Both the position numbers and the translations under genes were made by a program. 64,000 bases of DNA. Origin: an uncultured Holophagales bacterium (GTDB lineage: Bacteria > Acidobacteriota > Thermoanaerobaculia > Multivoradales > UBA5704). This document shows, piece after piece, positions 45,495 to 56,450 of this stretch. The stretch is from the NCBI GenBank assembly GCA_963842525.1, contig CAWJGT010000009.1, forward strand, positions 1 through 64,000. Reading direction: 5' to 3'. Every line of letters starts with the position of its first letter. Positions within the stretch are counted from its first letter, which is position 1. The notes beneath the pieces were generated by a model. It was not told where the DNA came from, did no database searches, and was given only the letters and a program-made list of their open reading frames with translations.

Positions 45495-46566
45495 TCAGCG
45501 CCATTCGAGCGCCATTCCATCTTCGCCGGGAGGCGGGAACACGGTGGTGTAGCCGTAGGCGTCGCGCAGCGGTTTGCTGTCCCAGACGGTGTTGTAGCTC
45601 GTGCGGTAGTTGAACCTCAGCTCGGGCTGCGGCCCTCCAAATTTGATCACGCGCGCCACGGCTTCCTGGTCCGGGTGCTTGAAATACGATCCATTGGTCG
45701 AGATCAGGTACATGTTGCAGTCGAGCGCGCGCAGCATCGCGGGGCTGACGTTCGACTTGCTGCCGTGATGGGAGACCTTGCACGCGTCGAAGGCGACTTT
45801 CGCCCCTCCGCCGAGGCGGTCGAGACCGGCTTTGAGGACGCTCGGGTGGGCGTCGGCGGAGAGGAGAAGGCGGCGGCCCTCGTATTCCGCCAGCAGCGCG
45901 ATGCTGCTCCCGTTCGCCGCCGCCTTGTCTTCGGAGAACGGCACCTGCGCCAGCTCGTCGACGTCGGGAGGGCCGCCGAGCAGCTCGAAGCCTTCGGCGG
46001 ACTCGACCTCCTCCGGCCGCTCCATGTTGGGATCGAGCCCGGCCTTGCGCATCTCGTCCTCCCACTTGGGCTTGAGGTCGGCGAGCCGGTCCGGTGTCGG
46101 GGAAAGCAGTGTCAAGACGAGCCCGCCTTCGAGCTCGACCCGTGGCAGGCTCCCGTGCGCCGGCACCATGGCGGCGGCCTTGTCAAAGGCGCTGTTCCAC
46201 CGGATTCCGGGTTTGACGAGCAGATCGGTCAGCCGTTCCCCGTGGATCGGCCCGAGGGTCTCGGGGGCTTCGTCGGGGAGGTGGCGAAAGCCGTTGAACC
46301 AGATGTCGTTGGCGCGAAACCCCGTCGCCCCGTCTTCGAGGAAGCTCCAGGGCGCCCGCGATGTGATCGGCGTCGATGTGGGTGACCACCAGGAGCTCGA
46401 AGCGGCGCTTGTCGTCGGGCAGCGTCTGGAGCTTCGGGCGCAAGGCTTTCTTGTAGGTCCCCTTGGTCCCTCCGTCGATGAGGACGCGGCGTGGGTTCCC
46501 GGGGTCGCCATACTCGATCCACAGGCAGTCGCCATGTCCCGCGGGCAGCATCTCGAGCTTCAGCAT
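45495..46566 (-). CDS. ComEC-like MBL-fold hydrolase/nuclease; frameshift near 46345
   Basis: LPAGHGDC, LIDGG, THIDADHIAG, NGSSIA, LLSADA, KVSHHGS. Confidence 0.88.
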
Positions 46567-46618
46567 GGACCCTCCTTTTTGAATCGTAGGGTCCACGGTA
46601 CCACGACGCCTGCCGGCG

Positions 46619-47809
46619 CTACTTGACCAGCTCCAGGACCTCGCTGCGCACGGTCTTCACCATGTCCGGCAGCAGGTCGGAGTGATACCGGGCAAGCCGC
46701 CCGTCGCGGCCGATGATCACGAGGCTGGGGAGGCCGGGGTTGTGAAAGGCGGAGAAGGCTTCGTTGCCCTGGTCGAGGAGGACGGGGAGCTCGAGCTTCC
46801 TGGAGCGGAGGAATTCGACGGCCAGGCGGCGCTGCTCCTCGGGGTCCTTGGTGTTCTCCAGCGTGTTCAGGGCGAAGACCTTGACGGGGAGGCCGGACGA
46901 CCTGGCCCAGGCGGCCAGCTCGGCAGTGTGTCCCAGAGCCGTCCAGCAGGGCACGCACCAAGTCGCCCAGAAGTCCAGGATGACGACCGAGCCATGGAGG
47001 TCGCCAGGCCGCACCGTGCCGCCTTCGAGGGCCCGGACGGCCACCTTCGGCGCCGGCTGGCCCAGGGGATAGCTGCTCGCTTCGAGCGCGGCCAGGGTCG
47101 GCACCGCGGTCCGTCCGGCGAGGTCTGGAAACGCGGCAGCGGCGCCCGGATCTCCGGCGGTGAAGATGAAGCGGCCGGAGGCGCGCACCTGCTGTTTCCC
47201 CTCTCCCAGGGCCAGATGGGCTTCTCGCAGGCGGTGGGTTGATGGATCGAGGCCGATCGTGACCTGTCCGTTGGCCGCTCGCAGCGTCACTTGCAGGGGC
47301 TCCGGCTGGAAGGCGACGATCTCCAGGGGAGCCAGGATGCCGAACCGCAGGGCCGCGAGGAAGCCGTCGAAGTCGCCCCCTTGCCCGGCCACGACGGCCG
47401 GCGGCGAAGCCAACTGGGCCTGCTCGCCGCCCATCCGGTGCAAGGCGTCCGCGAAGTCCCCTTGATAGGAGACCTCGGCGTAGCGCCCGTCGACGTTGAA
47501 TTGCGTCCCGATCAAACGCCCCTTCCGGGCGACGAACCGCATGACCTCCTTCCCGCCGGAAAAGATCGACAGGAACGCCTCGCCGTTCTTCCCTACGCCG
47601 TACTCCTGCTTCTTGGGCTCGCGGCGCCCGTCGGGCAGCTCCAGCGCGAAGTCGAAGGCCTCGTGGAAGGCCCCGGCCTGGCGATAGGAAGAGCGCGCCG
47701 TCTCCAGGGCTGCCTTGGCCTGCTCGATGTCGCCTGGAGCGGCAGCCTCCAAAAGGCAGGGGGAGAGCAGGGCGAGGGCAAAGACGGCGAGACGGCGCGG
47801 CACGTTCAT
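46619..47809 (-). CDS. Secreted TlpA-family redoxin
   Basis: Signal peptide; LDFWATWCVPC thioredoxin motif. Confidence 0.88.
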   Translation of the reverse strand: MNVPRRLAVFALALLSPCLLEAAAPGDIEQAKAALETARSSYRQAGAFHEAFDFALELPDGRREPKKQEYGVGKNGEAFLSIFSGGKEVMRFVARKGRLIGTQFNVDGRYAEVSYQGDFADALHRMGGEQAQLASPPAVVAGQGGDFDGFLAALRFGILAPLEIVAFQPEPLQVTLRAANGQVTIGLDPSTHRLREAHLALGEGKQQVRASGRFIFTAGDPGAAAAFPDLAGRTAVPTLAALEASSYPLGQPAPKVAVRALEGGTVRPGDLHGSVVILDFWATWCVPCWTALGHTAELAAWARSSGLPVKVFALNTLENTKDPEEQRRLAVEFLRSRKLELPVLLDQGNEAFSAFHNPGLPSLVIIGRDGRLARYHSDLLPDMVKTVRSEVLELVK

Positions 47810-47880
47810 AGGCAGCTCCCTTCAAAGGGGTTCTGCCGATCCTACGGGAATACCGAGGTGGAGGTTTCGCCGCGTCCAGC

Positions 47881-49257
47881 TTACAGACCCACCCCCGACC
47901 GTCGGATCAGCTCCGCCAGGCAGCGGCCGGACTCGCGGAGGATCTCTTCGAGGTCCAGCTCCGTGAGCCTGCCGTCTTCCACCAGGAGACGGCCGCCGAC
48001 GATCACGTGGCGGACGGCGGCGCGGGAGGCGCCGAAGGCCACCACGTCGTGCGGATCGGCCTGGGGAGAGGCCCACATTTCGGGGCGGTCAGTTGCCAGG
48101 ACGACGAGGTCGGCGCTTTTGCCAGGCTCGATCGTGCCGATCTCGTCGTCGAGGCCGAGGGCGCGGGCCCCTTCGCTGGTGGCGAGGCGCAGGGCGTCGA
48201 GGCCCGAGAAGGCTTCGGGGCCGTGCTTGAGCTTCTGGAGGAGGGCGGCGAGGCGCAGCTCGTGGAAGTTGTCCAGGTGGTTGCTGCAGGCGGCGCCGTC
48301 GCAGCCGATGCCGACCGGCACGCCGGCGCGGCGGATCGCGAGCAGGTCGGCGATGCCCGAGCCGAGCTTCAGGTTCGAGCTGGGGCAGTGGACGACGCTG
48401 AAGCGACCCTCCCGCTGACCCTGCACCCGTTCGAGGTGCTCGCGGGTGAGCCAGACGCCGTGGGCGAGGCGCAGGTCCGCGGCGAGCACGCCCTGGTCCG
48501 CGAAGTATTCGATCTCGTCCCGGCCGTCCTTGATCTCGCGGACCGCCTGGGTCTCGTCTTGCTGCTCGAGGGCGTGGGTGTGGATCGGCCAGCCGCGGCG
48601 GTGGGCGAGGTCGCGGATCCCCTTCCAGAGCGGATCGGAGCAGGTGAGGATGAAGCGCGGGTTCAGGACATAGCGCAGCCGGCCTTCGGCCGCGCCGTCG
48701 AATCCGTCGCCCATCTCCTCGGCCGTGGCCAGGACCGCGTCGGTCGGCTGGCGCATGGAAGCGGGGAGGGCGTCGCCGGAGTCCATCAGGCAGGGGCCCG
48801 CGAAGGCGCGCAGGCCGGAGTGCTCGATGGCCCGGAGCAGGCCGCGGGCCCCTGGTCCGATGCCGATGTCCTGAATCGTCGTGGTGCCGCTCAGGAGGCA
48901 TTCGGCGGCGCCGAGCAGGCTGCACCAGTATGCGCTCTCGTCGTCGTGGGCGGCTTCGAGCGGCCAGATCCGCTCGCGCAGCCAGGCGAGCAGCCGCCGG
49001 CCTTCGGCAAGGCCGCGGAAGAACGTCTGCCCCAGGTGGAGGTGCCCCTGCACGAGGCCGGGCAGGACGAGGCAGCCGGAGACGTCCAGAACCCGTGTCC
49101 CCGGTGGTGCTTCCGGCCGGCCGAGGGAGGCGATCCGGCCGTCCCGCACCAGGAGGTCGGCTCCCGGCAGGACCGTGGCGCCGGCGTCCAGGGTCAGGAC
49201 CGTGCCTCCGCGCAGGAGGAGCTGGGACGAGGCCGGAGGCGGTTCGGCGAAGATCAT
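47881..49257 (-). CDS. Amidohydrolase (SsnA/5'-deoxyadenosine deaminase-like)
   Basis: GLVQGHLH, IHTHALE, AHGVW, HCPSSNLKLGSG, GCDGAACSN. Confidence 0.9.
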   Translation of the reverse strand: MIFAEPPPASSQLLLRGGTVLTLDAGATVLPGADLLVRDGRIASLGRPEAPPGTRVLDVSGCLVLPGLVQGHLHLGQTFFRGLAEGRRLLAWLRERIWPLEAAHDDESAYWCSLLGAAECLLSGTTTIQDIGIGPGARGLLRAIEHSGLRAFAGPCLMDSGDALPASMRQPTDAVLATAEEMGDGFDGAAEGRLRYVLNPRFILTCSDPLWKGIRDLAHRRGWPIHTHALEQQDETQAVREIKDGRDEIEYFADQGVLAADLRLAHGVWLTREHLERVQGQREGRFSVVHCPSSNLKLGSGIADLLAIRRAGVPVGIGCDGAACSNHLDNFHELRLAALLQKLKHGPEAFSGLDALRLATSEGARALGLDDEIGTIEPGKSADLVVLATDRPEMWASPQADPHDVVAFGASRAAVRHVIVGGRLLVEDGRLTELDLEEILRESGRCLAELIRRSGVGL

Positions 49258-49350
49258 GGCTCTCCCGAAAGGTTTCGAGGCCGCGGAGCATCCTATATCG
49301 GCGACCTCTCGTTGACGCACATCCGTTGACCACCGTAGGGTAGAGCCGCT

Positions 49351-50044
49351 TTGAACGATCTGGAGCAGGAAGGCATTCTCGGGCTGGACAACATCCGTCT
49401 CGAGCTTCCCCATCGCGGGGGTGGGCAGCCGTACGCTCGCCGGGTCCATCGACTACTTCGTGCTGGCCGTCCTCCTCTTCATCTGGCTGATCCTCTGGGG
49501 GTTTCTGTTCGCCCGGCGCGGCACGTGGATGGTGGCCCTCCTCGTCTTCGGTCTGTTCCTGCTCGAATGGGGGTATTTCGCGTTCTCCGAGATCGCCACG
49601 GGCGGGCGGACGCTGGGCAAGATGGCGGTCAAGCTGCGCGTGGTCACGGCCGAAGGCGGGAGCCCGAGCACCGGCGCTCTCCTCGCCCGCAATCTGGTGC
49701 GCAGCCTGGACCTGGTGTTCGGCGTGCCGCTGATGGCGATCGATCCCCTGTCGCGGCGCCTCGGGGACCGGCTGGTCGGCACGCTCGTGGTCCACGACCG
49801 CAAGGTGGCGGCGGCACCGCTCATCGGGCGTGTGCCTCCGGGCTGGGGACCGCGCGAGCTGGCCGCGGTCGAATCCTTTCTGGTCCGGGCGCGGGAGCTG
49901 GAGGCCTCGGGACGCCTGTCGGAGATGGCGGACCACATCCTCGACCGTCTGCGGCGCGACGCTCCCGAGCTCCTGGCCGGCCTCGACACGCGGCGGCATC
50001 CGGTGGAGGTGATCCGCCGGGCCCTCCAGGTGGAGGAGGCCTGA
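49351..50044 (+). CDS. RDD-family membrane protein; frameshift near 49408
   Basis: GVGSRTLAGSID...GRTLGKMAVKLRVV...RRLGDRLVGTLVV. Confidence 0.88.
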
Positions 50045-51027
50045 TGGACTATGCGCGCTTCATCCGGCTCCGGCGGCCGCTCTGGGAGCGCTTCGAGGCC
50101 CAGCTCGCGGCGGCGCGGCGCAGCCTCCGGCGGTTGAGCCATGCAGGCCTGGAGGAGATGGCGCTCTCCTATCGCCAGGTGCTGCACGATCACGCCCTGG
50201 CGGCCTCCCGCTATCCGGGCACGGCGGCGGCCGGACGGCTGCGCGCCCTCGCCGTCGAGGGGACGCGCCGCCTGGTGGTCGGCCGCACGGACGGCGCAGG
50301 TGGGCTCCGGGCCTTCTTCGGCCGCACGTTTCCGCGGGCCTTCAGGCGGCAGCTCGATCTGCTCGGGGTCACCGTGGCCCTCTTCGTGCTCGCGGCCCTG
50401 TGGGGACTCGCCATCACGGCGATGCGGCCGGGGCTGGGCATCCAGTTCCTCGGCCCGGGCGCTGTGGAGGGGTTGGAGGAGGGGCGGCTGTGGACGGAGT
50501 CGCTGGTGAGCACGGTGCCGCCGTCGCTCTCCTCGTCGGCGATCGCCAGGAACAACATCTCCGTGGCGCTGGGTGCGTGGAGCGGCGGGATCCTGGCCGG
50601 TATCGTGCCGCTCTACATCGTGCTGCTCAACGGCCTTCTCCTGGGCTCGGTCATCGGCCTGACGCTCCACTATTCGATGGCCGGCGAGCTGCTGGAGTTC
50701 GTCTCGGCGCACGGGCCGCTGGAGATGACGCTGATCCTGGTCACCGCGGCGGCGGGCCTCGGCATCGGCCGCGCGCTGGTCGCCGCCGGAGACCGCCCGC
50801 GATCGGCGGCCCTGCGCGAGGCTGCGCGGGACGCCCTGACGGTCCTGCTGGGTTGTCTCCCCTGGTTCGTCGTGCTGGCGCTGGTCGAGGTGCTCGTGTC
50901 GCCCTCGCCCGAGCTGCCGGCTGCCCTGAAACTCGCCGTCGGGATCTCGCTGGAAGCCCTCTTCCTTTCCCTGGCGGCTCTGCCCAGCCGTTCCTTGGAG
51001 GACCATGAGCGAACCGATCCAGCATGA
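50044..51027 (+). CDS. SpoIIM/DUF95 membrane protein
   Basis: IARNNISVA...LLNGLLLG...HGPLEMT. Confidence 0.88.
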   Translation: MDYARFIRLRRPLWERFEAQLAAARRSLRRLSHAGLEEMALSYRQVLHDHALAASRYPGTAAAGRLRALAVEGTRRLVVGRTDGAGGLRAFFGRTFPRAFRRQLDLLGVTVALFVLAALWGLAITAMRPGLGIQFLGPGAVEGLEEGRLWTESLVSTVPPSLSSSAIARNNISVALGAWSGGILAGIVPLYIVLLNGLLLGSVIGLTLHYSMAGELLEFVSAHGPLEMTLILVTAAAGLGIGRALVAAGDRPRSAALREAARDALTVLLGCLPWFVVLALVEVLVSPSPELPAALKLAVGISLEALFLSLAALPSRSLEDHERTDPA

Positions 51028-51910
51028 GGCGGCACGGACCACCCCGATGCCTTTCCGGATGCTCCTCGACGAGGCGATGCGCCGGACGCGCCGCCATATC
51101 CGCCGGATCTATCCCGCGGTGGCCGTGCCGGTCGCCCTGGCGGCCGTGGTCACCAACATCGTCCAGGTTTTCTGGTTCCAGCGCATCGTGGCCGAGACCG
51201 GAATGGAGCAGCTCAGCTTCTGGAGCCCCGAGAGCATCCTGATGACGCTCGTGAATCTCTTCGTGGTGATCGTCGGCACGACCGCCATGCAGAAAGCCGC
51301 TGTCGATGTGACCGCGGGCCGTCCGGTAGTCATGGGGGAGGCCTGGCGTTTCGCGGTCCGTCCGGTGGTCCTGGTCACGCTCCTCCTGCAGTTCCTGGCC
51401 GTCGCAGCCTCGGCGATTCTCTGCCTCGTGCCGGTCCTCTACGTCGCTCCTCTGCTCTCGTTCACGGCGCCGATCATGGTGGACGAGGGGGTCTTCGGGG
51501 GCCGCGCCCTGTCGCGCAGCGCCGAGCTGACCCGCTACAACCCCGAGCGGCGGTTCTTCGAGATGCCTCTGGTGAAGGTCCTCATCCTCCAGATCGTGGG
51601 GGTCGTGATCAGTTATGCAGTGATTGCGGTGGTGACTCTCCCCTTCCAGATCCCGATGTTGATCGGCATGGTCCGGCAGGCGATGGCCGGTCGGGAGCCC
51701 GACCCGTCGCAGATGGTGTCCTGGATGTGGCTCCAGGTGCCGTCTCAGTTCCTGCAGTCGCTGGTCACCCTCGCGGTCTCCCTCTACGTGTCCTTCGGGT
51801 TGGCCCTGCTTTTCTTCGATACGCGCAACCGCAAGGAGGGCACCGACCTGGCCGCGGAGATCCATGCCGTGTTCGGGCCGGGCGCACCGGCGGGGGAGCC
51901 GGCTCCCTGA
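51005..51910 (+). CDS. Multi-pass membrane protein
   Basis: Several TM segments; conserved position in MoxR operons. Confidence 0.8.
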   Translation: MSEPIQHEAARTTPMPFRMLLDEAMRRTRRHIRRIYPAVAVPVALAAVVTNIVQVFWFQRIVAETGMEQLSFWSPESILMTLVNLFVVIVGTTAMQKAAVDVTAGRPVVMGEAWRFAVRPVVLVTLLLQFLAVAASAILCLVPVLYVAPLLSFTAPIMVDEGVFGGRALSRSAELTRYNPERRFFEMPLVKVLILQIVGVVISYAVIAVVTLPFQIPMLIGMVRQAMAGREPDPSQMVSWMWLQVPSQFLQSLVTLAVSLYVSFGLALLFFDTRNRKEGTDLAAEIHAVFGPGAPAGEPAP

Positions 51911-52531
51911 TCCGCGCCGTGCCGGCCGACCACGCGCTCGTCGAGCGCCTGCTGGCGCAGACCGGGGTCGAGCGGGACCCGGTGCCGCCGCAGCCCTCGT
52001 ATCTGGCCGAGGTCTACCGGACGTTCCTGCGGGCGCTGATGGAGCTGGTCGAGCGTGGCAGCCGGGCTCTGCGCCTGGACCGGGACGTCCTGCTCTGGAT
52101 CGTCGTGGCTCTCGCGGTGCTTGTCCTGGCCCTGGTGGCTCGCGCGCTGCTGCCCCGTCTCCGCCGCCGGAGCCAGGAGGCTGGCGCGCCGGAGGTCGTC
52201 AGCCGTGACCTCCCGCCGGCAGATTGGGATGCCGCGGCCTGGCGTGCCGAGCTGGAGCGCTGCCTCGCCGAGGAGCGGATCCGTGACGCCTTGCGCGCCG
52301 CCTGGTGGTGGCTGGCCCGCTCGGTCGCCGGAGCCCAGGTGGCGCCGGACTGGACCAGCCGTGAGCCTCCTGGCGCGGACACCGCGGCGTGATCTGCGCC
52401 ATCTTCGCGACATTCTCAGGCGGCTCGACCTCCTCACCTACGGCGCGGACCGCCCCGGCCTCACCGATCTGCGGCACCTTTCCGAGGAGATCGAGCGGAT
52501 CGCGCTGCCGCCGCGGGGAGGCATCGCATGA
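51907..52531 (+). CDS. DUF4129-like protein; frameshift near 52366
   Basis: TM segment then RDALRAAW...DWTSRE...LTYG. Confidence 0.7.
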
Positions 52532-53766
52532 GGCGCGGCCGGAAGGGATGGACGGTGGCGCTGGTCGCGGGGGCCGCCCTGTTCGGGATCGTCCTGGTCG
52601 CCTTGTTCGCCAGACCGGGAGCGGCAGGGGGGCAGCTCCGTCTCGCGCGGAGCCAGCGGCTGGCTGGCGGCGCGCAAGTACCTGGAGGCCCGCGGCGCCC
52701 GGGTCACGCTCTGGCGCGAGCCCCTGGGCCGGTTCTCGGGAGACGGCGTCCTGGTCGTCACCTTTCCCTGGCAGGCCACGCCTTCGCTGGAAGCCGCCGA
52801 AGCGTTGGAAGGCCATCTCCGGCGCGGCGGCGACCTGGTGTTGGCGTACTCCGGCAGCGACGCCGGCCTGGCCGAGCTCCTGGTCCTCACGGGGTTGGGC
52901 CTGCCGCCCGCGGAGGTGCGCAAGGCGCCGCTGAGCCCGTTGGCCTGGCGGAGGTTCGTCCGCGAGGAGTGGGAGCTGCGGCCAGTCGCGAGCCCCTCAC
53001 CCCCGGCCCCTCTCCCATCGCCCCCCCTTCCCCCGGGAGAGGGGAGACCCTCGCCAAAGAGTGCTGACGAGTCAACCTTCCCCCCTCTCCCGGTCGGTGG
53101 GGGGGCGATGGGAGAGGGGGGCCAGGGGGGTGAGGTTCTTGGCCCCGTCCGCGTCTGGGCGCCGCGCTCCGTGCCCGAGCTGCCCAAGAGCGCGGAGGCC
53201 CTCTACCAGGGGCCCACGGGCCGGCCGGTGATCGCCTCGGTCCCGCGGCTCCAGGGCCGGATCTGGCTCCTGCCGGCGGACGCCCTGGCCAATGCCCGGC
53301 TGGGCGGCGCCGGCAATGCCGACCTGCTGGAGAGCCTGCTGGCGTCGCTCGGCCCGGACTGGACGTTCGACGAGTACCATCACGGGCTGGCCATCGTCCA
53401 TGCCGAAGAGCGCGGATCTTTCGAACGGATCCTGGACCTCGTCCTGATCCATCTCGCCGTCCTCTACGGCCTGGCCGTGCTGACCCTGGCGCGGCGCTTC
53501 GGTCCGGCTTGGCGGGAGCCGCCGGTGGTCGCCGGCTCGGCGGGTTCGTTCCTGCTCGGCCTGGGAGCGCTGCACCACCGCCTGGGCCACCACCGCGAGG
53601 CGGCGCGGCGCCTGCTGGACCGCGTCCGCGAGCTGGCGCCGGATGCTGTCGTACCCGAAGATCTGGCCCGCCGGGCCGAGACCGCAGATTCCCGTGGCCT
53701 GGTCGAGGTCGCACGCGCCGTCGTGCGGCTGCGGCGCGGGCGCCCGATCGTTGCAGGAGACCGAGA

Positions 53767-53770
<4 letters not shown>
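52528..53770 (+). CDS. DUF4350-like protein; frameshift near 52630; carries an in-frame repeat insert
   Basis: LANARLGGAGNA...FDEYHHG...RRFGP motifs. Confidence 0.75.
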
Positions 53771-54762
<992 letters not shown>

Positions 54763-54773
54763 GCGGCGTACCG

Positions 54774-56096
54774 ATGCCCGCCGCCCGCTGCTTCCAGGTC
54801 CTGGGGCTGGTCACGCTGCTGCTGGCCGTGTCCGTGATCGACGTACGGCTGGCCTTCGTGGCCCTGGCGCTGGACGCCGCCGTGGTGGTCGCCACCTGGG
54901 TCGACTTCCGCCGCGCCGCCCGCACACCGCTCCGCGCGTCGCGCCAGAGGCCGCCGCTCCTGGTGCAGGGCGCCAGCGCCGCGCTCGAGGTCGCCGTGGC
55001 CACCGAGGCCCGCCGGCGCGTAACCATCGTCCTACGGGAGGGGCTCGCGTCCACCCTGGCCGAGGCGCCGCTGCGGCGCCAGTTGGAGATCGCGGGTCCG
55101 GGCGAGGTGCGCTGGAGCTACACCCTGGTGCCGCGCCGCCGCGGCGAGCACGCGATCGCGCCGCTCACCGCCCGCGTCCTCGGACCCTGGAAGCTCGCCT
55201 GGGCGCAGCGCGACCTGTTGCCCGCCGAGGCGGCCGTGCGCGTCTATCCCCAGGTACGCTGGGAAGGGCGCGCCGGGCAGCTCCTGGCGCTGGCGCAACG
55301 GCGCCGCCTGGGGCAGATCCCCCTGCGCATCCAGGGCGCCGGCAGCGAGCCCTACGGCCTGCGCGAGTACCTGCCCGGCGATCCCGTGGCCCGCATCCAC
55401 TGGAAAGCCACGGCCCGCCACGGCCGGCCGGTCAGCCGCGAGGACACCTGGGAGCGCGGCGGCCGTCTGATCATCCTTCTGGACTGCGCCCGCGGCATGA
55501 CCTCCATGGACGGCAGCCGCAGCAAGCTCGATTATGGCCTGGCCGCCTGCCTCGCTCTCACCCGGGTGGCGGCGGCGCGAGGCGACCGCGTCACCATCCT
55601 CGCCTTCGCCGACCGCGTGGTCCGCTCGGTGCGCGTGCGTTCCGGCGGACGCGGGGTCTCCCTGGCCTATGCGGCGCTCTTCGACCTGGAGGCCGGGCTG
55701 ACCGAGCCGGCCTACGACGTGGCGGCCGAAGCGGCATTCGAGGTCGAGTCGCGGAGCGCCACGGCGGTCCTCTTCACCTCGGTGGTGGACCTCGCCGCCG
55801 CCGAGCTGCTGCGCGAGTCCATGCTGCGCCTCGGCCGGCGCCACCGGGCGCTTCTGGTCAACCTGGAAGACCCGGAGCTGCGCGCCCTGGCCGAGGACGA
55901 GCCGGAAGACCCCGTCCACGCCTTCGCCCAGGTGGCGAGCCTGGAGATCCAGCTCGCCAACCGCCGCCTGGCCCGCCACCTGCGCCGCGGCGGTGTCCGC
56001 ATCGTCAACAGCTCCGCCGACCGCCTGGCCTTGGAGACGCTGGAGGCCTACCTGGCCCTCTTCCGCGCCGGTGCGGGGATACCGGCTCGTGGGTGA
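54774..56096 (+). CDS. DUF58 (vWA-like) protein
   Basis: GLREYLPGD...IHWKATAR...LLDCARGM. Confidence 0.92.
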   Translation: MPAARCFQVLGLVTLLLAVSVIDVRLAFVALALDAAVVVATWVDFRRAARTPLRASRQRPPLLVQGASAALEVAVATEARRRVTIVLREGLASTLAEAPLRRQLEIAGPGEVRWSYTLVPRRRGEHAIAPLTARVLGPWKLAWAQRDLLPAEAAVRVYPQVRWEGRAGQLLALAQRRRLGQIPLRIQGAGSEPYGLREYLPGDPVARIHWKATARHGRPVSREDTWERGGRLIILLDCARGMTSMDGSRSKLDYGLAACLALTRVAAARGDRVTILAFADRVVRSVRVRSGGRGVSLAYAALFDLEAGLTEPAYDVAAEAAFEVESRSATAVLFTSVVDLAAAELLRESMLRLGRRHRALLVNLEDPELRALAEDEPEDPVHAFAQVASLEIQLANRRLARHLRRGGVRIVNSSADRLALETLEAYLALFRAGAGIPARG

Positions 56097-56119
56097 GAGG
56101 GGGAAAGTCCTGCGCGAGC

Positions 56120-56402
56120 CGTGGGCCCTCACCCCCCTACCCCCCTCTCCCATCCTCACACCCTTCCCCCGGGAGAGGGGGGACGCGGCTCAGGCCACAG
56201 AGACAATGTCGAAGCCCGCCGTTGCTCTGTCATCCTGAGCGAAGCGAAGGATCTGGGGGTTGGGAAGCTCCGTCCGCCCAGATTCTTCGCTGCGCTCAGA
56301 ATGACGGTCGTGGGCTCGCGCTGACCGTCCCGCATGCGTCCCCCCTCTCCCGGGGGAAGGGTGTGAGGATGGGAGAGGGGGGTAGGGGGGTGAGGGCCCA
56401 CG
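56120..56402. repeat. Nested inverted repeat: CCCTCACCCC...GGGAGAGGGG arms enclosing a GTCATCCTGAGCGAAGCGAAGGATCT-type element
   Basis: 56120-56186 is nearly the exact reverse complement of 56336-56402; inner arms at 56229-56254 and 56280-56305. Confidence 0.9.
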
Positions 56403-56450
56403 GCGACGCCGGCAGCAGAGCTTTCCGAACACCTCTGACAAAATGGGAGC

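Noticed and set aside
1600-52650. About a dozen frameshifted genes (HTH-TPR copy 2, tail terminator, TMP, TIR-STAND, Rpn-like, CHAT, MBL, RDD, DUF4129, DUF4350) as pseudogenes or programmed frameshifts
   Set aside because: Single-base indels are spread through phage and housekeeping genes alike, with no slippery heptamers noticed and intact catalytic motifs. Uncorrected long-read errors are the likelier cause; read-level checking is needed.
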